DNA of 41,674 bases, from the NCBI GenBank assembly GCA_963703955.1, contig CAVPGK010000004.1, forward strand, positions 1 through 41,674. The letters run 5' to 3'. Shown piece by piece: positions 16,173-24,274 of the stretch. Source of the DNA: Nitrospirota bacterium. Lineage in GTDB: Bacteria; Nitrospirota; Nitrospiria; Nitrospirales; Nitrospiraceae. The notes beneath the pieces are model-generated. The model did not search any database and was not told where the DNA came from. It saw only the letters and a program-made list of their open reading frames with translations. The position numbers and the translations under genes are program-made. Within the stretch, counting starts at the first letter, position 1; every line of letters starts with the position of its first letter.

Positions 16173-17552
16173 CTACGACTCGCCCTCCTCTCGGTCTTCG
16201 ATCTCGGCCAGCTTCCTATACAGAGTTTTGCGATCGATCCCGAGGATGTGAGCGGCCTGGTATTTGTTGCCACCGGTCTTCTCCAAGATACGAAGGATGT
16301 ATTCGTTTTCGACCTCGCTGAGCGGCAGCGTCCGATCGGCGGCCTCCGCGATGACCCGCCGGTCCCCGCGAGTGCCCTGGAGCGTCGACGGCAGATCTTC
16401 CGGCATGATCTTCGCCCCACGAGCCAGCGTCACCGCGCGTTCGATGACGTTCTCTAATTCGCGGACGTTGCCTGGCCACTGATAGTCGATCATCAGCGCC
16501 AGCGCCGCCTCGGTCATACCACGCAGCTCCTTATGACTCGCCTCGGCGCATTTCCTCAGGAAGGCGTCAACGAGCAACGGGATATCTTCATTGCGCTCAC
16601 GAAGCGGCGGGAGCCGGATCTCGATCACGTTCAGGCGGTAGAAGAGATCCTCGCGGAAGCGCTTGGCCTTGACTTCTTCGGCCAGCACCAGATTCGTGGC
16701 GGCGATAATCCGCACGTCGACCGACACCGGGCGTGTGGCGCCGACGCGGCGGATTTCCCGTTCCTGGATGGCCCTGAGCAACTTGGCCTGCAGCAACAGC
16801 GGCAACTCGCTGATCTCGTCCAGAAAGAGAGTGCCCTTCTGGGCTTCCTCGAAGAGGCCGCGCTTATCGGTCTTGGCATCCGTGAAGGCGCCCCTCATAT
16901 GCCCGAACAACTCGCTCTCCAAGAGCGTATCTGGGATGGCCGCGCAGTTCACCGGCACAAACGGGGCATCGCGCCGTTCGCTGTTGTAATGAATCGCCTT
17001 GGCCACCAGTTCCTTGCCCGTCCCGCTCTCGCCGGTGATCAGCACGTTGGTCGGACTATCGGCCACCCGCCGGATGAGGTCGAAGACCTCGCGCATGGCT
17101 TTGCTCTTCCCGAGAATCTGGTGGAAGCTGTATTCCTTGTGCACCTCGCGCCGGAGGCGATCGACCTCCCGCCGCAGTTCCGCCTCCCGCACCGCCCGAT
17201 CGATCACTCGAAGCAGTTCGTCGTTTTTGATGGGCTTGACGAGGTAGTCGTAGGCGCCCTGCTTCATGGCTTCGATGGCCGTTTCGACCGACCCGAAGGC
17301 CGTCATCAGGATCACATTGGTGTTGGGATAACCCCGTTTGATTTCCGACAATAACTCGATACCTTGCATCTCCTTCATGCGCAGATCGGTCAGCACCACT
17401 CCGTACTCTTCCTCGCCCAACCGTTTCAGCGCCTCTTTCCCGCTCGCCGCGACCGCGACATGATGGCCGTGATCCTGCAGCACGTCCTGAACCAGGGTGC
17501 GCATCTCCGGCTCATCATCTACAACCAGAACCGCTCCGACATCATTTGACAT
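16173..17552 (-). CDS. NtrC/ZraR-type sigma-54-dependent response regulator
   Basis: Receiver (VVDDE, LTDLRM, KP), GESGTGKE, GAFTDA variant loop, QWPGNVREL, HTH; start 17552 or 17579. Confidence 0.95.
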   Translation of the reverse strand: MSNDVGAVLVVDDEPEMRTLVQDVLQDHGHHVAVAASGKEALKRLGEEEYGVVLTDLRMKEMQGIELLSEIKRGYPNTNVILMTAFGSVETAIEAMKQGAYDYLVKPIKNDELLRVIDRAVREAELRREVDRLRREVHKEYSFHQILGKSKAMREVFDLIRRVADSPTNVLITGESGTGKELVAKAIHYNSERRDAPFVPVNCAAIPDTLLESELFGHMRGAFTDAKTDKRGLFEEAQKGTLFLDEISELPLLLQAKLLRAIQEREIRRVGATRPVSVDVRIIAATNLVLAEEVKAKRFREDLFYRLNVIEIRLPPLRERNEDIPLLVDAFLRKCAEASHKELRGMTEAALALMIDYQWPGNVRELENVIERAVTLARGAKIMPEDLPSTLQGTRGDRRVIAEAADRTLPLSEVENEYILRILEKTGGNKYQAAHILGIDRKTLYRKLAEIEDREEGES

Positions 17553-17640
17553 GATGGAAAGCCTCTTGCTTGACGTCACCCTAATCTGAGCGTGTCTAGC
17601 CTAGTGTGTTCAGTCTGGTCGGTCAAGAGGAAGAGGCAGG

Positions 17641-18720
17641 CTAGTGTAGTGCGTCTAACGCTTCTTTACATTGAGCGACTTTGGTCAAGATATTCCCCAC
17701 CGAGGCGGTCCACACGAATACCCGGGGGCTCTGATTGTGATGGTCCAGGTACTGTGTGATCGCAGCGATCAATTCCCGCACATGCTGGAAGCTGCCCCGC
17801 CGGATGCGCTTGTCGGTGAGATCGCGGAACCAGCGCTCGACCAGGTTCAGCCAGGAACTGGAGGTTGGGATAAAGTGCAGATGGACCCGCGGATGCCGCC
17901 GGAGCCAAGCTTTCACCCGTGGGTGCTTGTGCGTCCCGTAATTGTCCACGATCAGATGCAACGCGAGCTCGGACGGGGTTTCGGCCTCCGATCTTTGCGA
18001 GGAAGCGAATGAACTCCTGATGTCGATGCCGCGGCATGCAGTCGCCGATCACCTGGCCGTCGAGCATGCTCAGGGCTGCGAACAAGGTGGTCGTGCCATG
18101 GCGTTTGTAATCGTGCGTCATCGTGCCACAACGGCCCTTCTTCAACGGAAGGCCCGGCTGGGTGCGGTCGAGGGCTTGGACCTGACTTTTCTCGTCGACG
18201 CACAGGACCAAGGACTTGTCCGGGGGATTGAGATAGAGCCCCACGACATCGTAGAGCTTCTCGACAAACTGCTTGTCCCGGCTGAGCTTGAAGGTCCTGA
18301 TGAGATGGGGCTTGAGGTGGTATCGCCTCCAGATCCGCCGCACCGTCGCTTCGCTGAGGCCTTGGGCCTTCGCCATACTCCTGGTGCTCCAGTGGGTCGC
18401 AGCCGGTGGGGTCGTGTGCAGTGTCGCCTCGACGACGGCCCGCACTTTGCGTTCGGGGATGCGTGGCAGACGACCGGGACGTGGCGCATCCTTTTCGAGC
18501 CCTGCCAAGCGCAGAGCCAGAAACCGCTCCCGCCAAAGCTGCACCGTGGGTCTGGAGATGGTCGATGCTTCGGGCGATCCCTGATTGCTGACGCCATCGG
18601 CCGCCAACTGGACGATCCGCGCTCGCTGCACCAGGCGAAAGGGGACACGCCGACCCGGGCCCATGTCCTCAGGGCCGAGCGCTCCATAGGGGACAGCTGG
18701 ATAGGGGCCGCGGTTCTCAT
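17641..18720 (-). pseudogene. IS630 transposase, frameshifted at least twice
   Basis: MRTAAPIQLSPMER (frame 1), GRRVPFRLVQRARIV...CVDEKSQVQALDR...HDYKRHGT (frame 2), LHLIVDNYGTH...SSWLNLVERWF (frame 3); stop codon supplied by the CTAG target. Confidence 0.85.
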
Positions 18721-18781
18721 GCTCCAGAAGATAGAGAGGTCTGGACATATACGTCAAGTTATTTATGACGCACTACACTAG
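17641..18781 (-). mobile_element. IS630-family insertion sequence inserted in CTAG (TA duplication)
   Basis: Ends CTAGTGTAGTGCGTC... and ...GACGCACTACACTAG are perfect inverted repeats including the CTAG target. Confidence 0.92.
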
Positions 18782-18901
18782 GAGTGCCCTAACAAGATCT
18801 GATGATGTTCTAGAGGGTTGAGCAGAAAGGTTCGAAAATCGTCCACCGGATTTGACAGACACCATGGAATGGGGACATGATTCTCCCGGGAGAGGTGTCG
18901 C

Positions 18902-19267
18902 ATGGCTTCCATTCTCGTCATTGATGACGATCAGCAAATTAGAATCTTCCTACGACAGCTCTTGGAGAAGGAGGGCTATCACGTTGTGGAAGCTCGTGAT
19001 GGTCGTCAAGGTATCCACTACTGCCGTGAGATGCCCATCGATGTGGTCATCACGGATATTTTCATGGACCAACAAGAAGGACTCGAGACCATTCGAGTTC
19101 TCCATCGTGAATTTCCTCAGATCAAGGTGATCGCGATCACCGGCGGGACGGGCGATCGCGATTTTCTAGAAGATGCCAAAGCGTTTGGCGCGGAATGGGT
19201 CTTTACCAAACCCTTGGTGCTGGACCAGGTCCTCGCGGCGGTGCGAGAGGCGTTCGCACGAGCCTAA
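18902..19267 (+). CDS. Single-domain response regulator (CheY-like)
   Basis: VIDDD, VITDIFM, AITGG, FTKP; RBS GAGGT. Confidence 0.9.
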   Translation: MASILVIDDDQQIRIFLRQLLEKEGYHVVEARDGRQGIHYCREMPIDVVITDIFMDQQEGLETIRVLHREFPQIKVIAITGGTGDRDFLEDAKAFGAEWVFTKPLVLDQVLAAVREAFARA

Positions 19268-19386
19268 GGAATCCTCGAGCAGTCCAGTCGCAAGCCACCA
19301 CCATTCATCAATTCAGGAGTTCCAAGTTCACGGACGCTGTGGGGGTACTATCTACAGGAGAAGAACTCACGTCCTGAGGAGGATGA

Positions 19387-19747
19387 ATGCCTTACGTCGA
19401 TGGATACGTGTTGCCGGTCCCGAAGAAGAACCTGCAAGCCTACCGCCGCATGGCTCAGAAGGCGGGAAAGATCTGGCGGGAGCACGGCGCGCTCGAGTAC
19501 CGGGAGTGCGCCGGCGACGACCTGAACATCAAGTGGGGTGTGCCGTTCCCGCGCATGATCAAGCTCAAGCCCGGCGAGACAGTCGTGTTCGCGTGGATCG
19601 TGTTCAAGTCGCGCGCGCATCGCGATCGCGTCAACGCCAAGGTGATGAAAGACCCGCGCCTCGCTAATTCGATGGATGACGAAGTCGATGCCCTTCGACT
19701 GCAAGCGCATGGTCTACGGCGGGTTCAAGGTCCTGGTCGACGCCTAA
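19387..19747 (+). pseudogene. DUF1428 (YbaA-like) protein with a frameshift near 19675
   Basis: YVDGYVLPVP...EHGALEYREC...ETVVFAWI...RDRVNAKVMKDPRL; conserved tail [19 protein letters not shown] lies in another frame ending at 19747. Confidence 0.8.
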
Positions 19748-19757
19748 AGGAGTCAAC

Positions 19758-20439
19758 CTGACTGCCGGCCGACATCTCACCATCAGGGTCAACGACACGC
19801 AGCGCGTCTCCGGTGTGCTGCAGACACCCGCCAACGCACGCGCCTGCTATGTGCTGGCGCACGGCGCCGGGGCCGGCATGACGCATCCGTTCATGGCGCG
19901 CGATCGCGGACGAGCTTGCACGAGCGCGGCATCGCGACGCTGCGCTATCAGTTTCCGTACATGGAGCGCGGCTCGAAGCGGCCCGACGCGCCCAAGCTCG
20001 CCCACGCCACGGTGCGCGCGGCGGTCGCCGAGGCGTCGCGTCGCGCGCCGGAGCTCCCACTGATCGCAGGCGGCAAATCGTTCGGCGGCCGCATGACGTC
20101 GCAGGCGCAAGCGGCGTCGCCGTTGCCGGGAGTCCGGGGCCTCGCCGTTCCTCGGCTTTCCGCTTCATCCGGCCGGGCGAGCCGTCCGACGAGCGGGCCA
20201 AGCATCTCTTCGACGTGAAAGTTCCGATGCTGTTCATGCAGGGCACGCGCGACGCGCTTGCGAACGTGCAGCTTGTACAGCGGCTCGTCGAACAGCTTGG
20301 TGCATGCGCGAGGTTGAGGCTCTTTTCGGACGCCGATCATTCCTTTCATATGCCGGCGCGCAGCGGACGCAAGGATGCGGAGCTGAGAGGCGAGATGCTC
20401 GATGCGTTGGCGGGCTGGATCGAGAGGGTGATTCAATGA
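19758..20439 (+). pseudogene. Alpha/beta hydrolase (KANL3/Tex30-like), multiply frameshifted
   Basis: [26 protein letters not shown] nucleophile elbow, FLGFPLHP, QGTRD and DADHSF spread over several frames; CTG at the start position after AAGGAG. Confidence 0.8.
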
Positions 20440-20545
20440 AGGAGGAGAAATTCATGAGCGGTGCCCTGGAACAAGCAGCACCGGAACACCACATCACGAC
20501 CAAGCCAGCAGGGGATATGACGGCGTTGACTGCACTCCCGGACGA

Positions 20546-21457
20546 CTATCGGTACCCGGTCGCATCTGCCGATTTTCCGGCTTCCTGAACCTCCCGAATA
20601 TAGCGCCAGCAATCCGGTTGCGATCCGTCGAGATCAGTAAAGCCATAGACCTTCGCTAGCCCACCGCTTGAAAGCGATTCTCCAGTCCAGCGGGCTCGCT
20701 CTGGGTCGGCGGCGAGCGCGACGACGGCGCGTCCAACAAAACGCGGCGATTCGGAAATCACAAAGTGCGGCGACTTGGCCGTGGCGTCCCACCAGTTCTC
20801 TTCGGTCACGCCATAATTGTCGAGCATCATCTCAGAGCGCATCCACCCCGGCGTGATGGACACCGCCGAGGCTCCATAGGGCGCAAGATCCTTGGCGTGC
20901 GCCCAAGCCATGCGTATGGCGGCCATCTTGGCAAGATCATAGAACACCGACAGGCGGTAGTGATCCGCATTGTACTCCGCCGTACCATCGGTCACCTCGA
21001 CCATGAGGCCGCCAGGTTTCGCGATCATAAGTGGAAGAGCGTGGTGTGCGGTAATGAGATGGGTGTCGACAGCAAGTCTCAACAATCGCAACCCGTGCTC
21101 CAGGTTGTGTTCCCAAACTGTCTTGTTCCACTCGAACAAATGTTCGCCGCCCCAGATGTCATTGACCAGAATATCGAGCCTTCCGCGTTCCATCCGAATT
21201 CGGGTGACCGGCGCTTCGACCTCGTTCGGGACAAGATGATCGACGCGCATTGCAATACCTTCGCCGCCGATTTCAGTAACCAACGCCGCGGTTTCCTCGA
21301 TCGTCTCAGGGCGACCATACTCGGACGTCTGGCTTCGGGTGGTGCGGCCAGTCACATAGACCGTGGCGCCTGCCGCGCCCAGTTCGACCGCGATTCCGCG
21401 TCCCGCCCCGCGCGTTCCTCCCGCGACGAGAGCAACTTTCCCCACGAGGGATCGCAT
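20546..21457 (-). CDS. Short-chain dehydrogenase/reductase (SDR)
   Basis: VAGGTRGAGRG Rossmann motif, DILVND, YDLAK (YxxxK), TPGWMRSE. Confidence 0.92.
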   Translation of the reverse strand: MRSLVGKVALVAGGTRGAGRGIAVELGAAGATVYVTGRTTRSQTSEYGRPETIEETAALVTEIGGEGIAMRVDHLVPNEVEAPVTRIRMERGRLDILVNDIWGGEHLFEWNKTVWEHNLEHGLRLLRLAVDTHLITAHHALPLMIAKPGGLMVEVTDGTAEYNADHYRLSVFYDLAKMAAIRMAWAHAKDLAPYGASAVSITPGWMRSEMMLDNYGVTEENWWDATAKSPHFVISESPRFVGRAVVALAADPERARWTGESLSSGGLAKVYGFTDLDGSQPDCWRYIREVQEAGKSADATGYR

Positions 21458-21568
21458 GTGTTCGTCCCGTCTTGCGCGAAATTTGCGAGCCGACCCTCGT
21501 TACCTTGCTCGGGCTCAGACAAGGTACAAATGGGGCCGAGAGCACAACAACCGTGGCACCATGCGGTA

Positions 21569-21590
21569 AGTAATTCGAAACCCGTCACTC
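21569..21590 (+). repeat. tRNA-His att-like scar 2
   Basis: AGTAATTCGAAACCCGTCACTC identical (22/22) to 3420-3441. Confidence 0.85.
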
Positions 21591-21691
21591 TTTTCCTAGC
21601 GCATCGTGATGAAAGAGCCGTCCTCGTTCATCACAAAATACCCATTGAGGAATTCTTGAGATGCCTTGTGAAGGAGCGTCTGCGGGCTTGG

Positions 21692-22933
21692 CTATGGAGA
21701 ATCATAGTTCCACAGCAGTGCGACAATCAGCAAATGCTGGGCTTGCGTGAGACCGATCACGCCTGGGCTGACTTCTCCTCCCGTGAAGAACCCGCCTTGT
21801 GGGCCGGTCGAATCATCATACCGGTACTCCATCCGCAATCTCGTGGTGGTCGCGGCGACGGGCAGTTTGTATTCCAGCGTGCTCGTGATGGCTTTGATGA
21901 ATTGACGAGCCCCCGTCATTGTCCCGTCCGGGTCATAATACAGCTCTGGCCGGATGGCCAGCGCCCATATCTTAGTAAACTGCCAATGGGTATAGATCGC
22001 AGCGCCGGTCCAGAAGACCCGCTGGCCTCCGGCTTCTGGGATCGCACGCTCCGTGCCGATGTCATAGACGAATGCGATGGTGAGATTATCCCGCTTCCAT
22101 TGGAGGCTGCTGTCGGAAAAGAAGCGCCAATACCGAAGGTCAGTGTTCGACTGATCCGGCCCATAGTAGAAATTTTGCGTGAGAGTGATGCGTGGCGAGG
22201 CCGCCCAACTGACCTGCGTCCCATAACTCGGCAGATGGTTGGGAACAGAGAGGAAATTGTAGCGATTGATGACGTAGAAGACGCTCTTCAGCGCCTCGTT
22301 GATTTGATACTGAGCAGAGAGTCCGAACATGAAGTAGGGCGAATAGTCCGGGAGGTAGGACCGAGTGTAGTTGAAGTTGTCTTTGGCATAGAACGACTCA
22401 TAGCCGATAAAGCTATTGAACAGCCCGGCCGTGAGTTTCAGACCGGTCCCGACGGGAGCCAGGTACGACACATTGGCCCGGGAGGCGTGTTTGAACGTCT
22501 CGGCAGCCGAGTAGGGATCGCCGTACCTGAGGCTGGCATTAGGAACCTGTCCTGTGACGTCGTAGCCGCCCTGGACTGCGAACTCCATCCCCCAGCGCGA
22601 CGATTCGACCGCATCCTTTCGTACATAGCCCAGCGCCATGTTGGGGGTCAGCTCATTCACCCGCTGCGTCGTGACCTTGCTGCGCCAGCGATGATTTTCC
22701 GGAAAATTGAAGTCGATAGGATAGCTCAGATCGAGATAGGCGCCATAGTGCCACCGCGGCTTGGCCGGCTCGGCCCGCGGTTTTTCCGTCGTCGGCGTCT
22801 CGGGGGTGTCCTTCCGAGTCTCTTCAGGCGCGGACGGCTCCTCGGCAAGGACCGGGGTGGCGATCATCCAGAGTACAATCGAAAGTCGACACAGAAGGCC
22901 GGAAGCTCGCACCAGTCGTTTCAGCGTAGGCAT
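21692..22933 (-). CDS. Outer-membrane beta-barrel porin (BBP2/OmpL-like)
   Basis: Signal peptide ending VLA/EE; amphipathic aromatic-rich strands; GLFNSFIGYES, NFNYTRS and EYRYD motifs; start uncertain (22933 or 23020). Confidence 0.8.
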   Translation of the reverse strand: MPTLKRLVRASGLLCRLSIVLWMIATPVLAEEPSAPEETRKDTPETPTTEKPRAEPAKPRWHYGAYLDLSYPIDFNFPENHRWRSKVTTQRVNELTPNMALGYVRKDAVESSRWGMEFAVQGGYDVTGQVPNASLRYGDPYSAAETFKHASRANVSYLAPVGTGLKLTAGLFNSFIGYESFYAKDNFNYTRSYLPDYSPYFMFGLSAQYQINEALKSVFYVINRYNFLSVPNHLPSYGTQVSWAASPRITLTQNFYYGPDQSNTDLRYWRFFSDSSLQWKRDNLTIAFVYDIGTERAIPEAGGQRVFWTGAAIYTHWQFTKIWALAIRPELYYDPDGTMTGARQFIKAITSTLEYKLPVAATTTRLRMEYRYDDSTGPQGGFFTGGEVSPGVIGLTQAQHLLIVALLWNYDSP

Positions 22934-23326
22934 GTGAGAACAGGCCGACCCATAGGGGAGGTTGAATCTACGGGCGCGCATGTTATCAGAAATCCAAAGA
23001 CAGTGGTGAATCGGCACCACCGCATCAACGAAACAAGGGGAAGAGGGTGAGGTTCACTATGGCGCCCACGATGCCACGTGATTAACCTGCAAGCGGAATT
23101 GCAACAGAAACGAGAGGAGGGAAGGCAGGCCAGCAGTTTGGTTGTCTTGCTTGAAGCGGCTCAACTCACCCTTCAAAGCCGAGTTCTCCTTCTCCAGGTT
23201 CATGCGGCCTTGCTGGGACTGTTCTAAGTGACTCTTGATCTGCGGGTTCGCCTCTACTTTCAGGCTGACCCTCTAACAGCCAGCTGATTCAATTGACCAT
23301 AACCCATCACAAACAAGGACGCTCCC

Positions 23327-23662
23327 ATGAAAAGAAATTACATGACGATCGTCGGTATTTGCTTGATCATCCTCGTCATCGCAGAACCCACTCGCTCCGG
23401 TGAGTATGGACAGATGCCTTACCCGAACGGGTACCACTGGTTAGACCCGGACGGCTCCTCCGGGTACGCTTTGCCACAGATCGGCCTAGCCACTGTTCAA
23501 TCGTGGGTAAACCCTGACGGCATCCGTGGAACATTGAATGAAGTCAGAGTCGCTAGCGTCGCGGCATTGAGTGGGCACTATTGCGTAAATCCTGATGGAT
23601 CCCGTGGAACTGTCAATAAGCCAGTGTTAGGGTTGACCTATGGTCTCGGAACCAGCAAGTAA
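23327..23662 (+). CDS. Small secreted protein with three (W/C)-(L/V)-(D/N)-P-D-G-x-x-G repeats
   Basis: Signal peptide; WLDPDGSSG, WVNPDGIRG, CVNPDGSRG; RBS AAGGA. Confidence 0.7.
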   Translation: MKRNYMTIVGICLIILVIAEPTRSGEYGQMPYPNGYHWLDPDGSSGYALPQIGLATVQSWVNPDGIRGTLNEVRVASVAALSGHYCVNPDGSRGTVNKPVLGLTYGLGTSK

Positions 23663-23744
23663 CTATTAGGGCCAGGTAAATGCCGAAAAAACGTGTTGCC
23701 CTTCTTGGGGTTCAGCCACAAGAACAGGAGCGGCTGCATCGATA

Positions 23745-23870
23745 TCTTGCTTATTAACAAGAGGGTGCAGGCAGTTGACCCTTCTTGTCCATTCTTGTCC
23801 ACCTCCGCTATGAAGCAGTTGTTGCGTTTTCTCTTAGGTGGGAAAGTGATCGAAACCCGTCAGTCACCCC
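23745..23870 (+). repeat. Degenerate copy of the island end plus tRNA-His att scar 3
   Basis: GTTGACCCTTCTTGTCCATTCTTGTCCACC...TTTCTCTTA...AGTGATCGAAACCCGTCAGTCACCCC is colinear with 3341-3446; preceded by a CTTG-N8-CAAGAGGGTGC hairpin remnant. Confidence 0.8.
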
Positions 23871-23920
23871 GAATCTTCTTGATTTTTCTGGCTCTGACCC
23901 TAATGCGGAACCCCACAGGT

Positions 23921-24097
23921 TTAGGAACTCCTCCTAGTCTGGGACACCATTTCGGCCGTGTGCTGAAATTCTCGAATGTATTCCTTGTAGCTCTTCACCG
24001 GCTGGCTGAACGCGCAGTCGGTATACAGGCACCACGCGGCCTTCCTGACCACGCTGAACTCCAAACTATTCTTGTTACATTCTGGGCAAGTCGCCAT
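23921..24097 (-). CDS. 58-aa zinc-ribbon protein (CPEC...CxxxxC)
   Basis: MATCPECNKNSLEFSVVRKAAWCLYTDCAF...; RBS GAGGAGG upstream of 24097. Confidence 0.7.
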   Translation of the reverse strand: MATCPECNKNSLEFSVVRKAAWCLYTDCAFSQPVKSYKEYIREFQHTAEMVSQTRRSS

Positions 24098-24274
24098 GGT
24101 TTGGTCCTCCTCTATTTCCGGGCTTGGTCCCCGACCGATTCTTGGTCCCCGGGCACTATGGGTGGAAGTCATTGTCTTCAACGTATCTCTGAGTCGCCTG
24201 TCGTTCTTCGGGCATTCCGTTTGCCCCGACCTCTATGGCCCTCCCGTCTTGCATCGTGAACCCCCAGAAGTATA

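Noticed and set aside
17566..17583. GG-N10-GC upstream of the NtrC gene as a sigma-54 promoter
   Set aside because: Lacks TGGCA and TTGC context and is too close to the start codon
17942..18781. Programmed frameshift or antisense 279-aa ORF in IS630
   Set aside because: More than one shift is needed and I see no slippery run at the junctions; the plus-strand ORF is a shadow
20765..23050. 761-aa plus-strand ORF spanning att scar 2
   Set aside because: Lies antisense to two well-supported unrelated genes (SDR, porin); no motifs; best explained as a chance stop-free shadow frame
23058..23272. Coiled-coil-like minus-strand reading (VEANPQIKSHLEQSQQGRMNLEKENSALKGEL...)
   Set aside because: No clear start or RBS; possibly a gene remnant but not assignable
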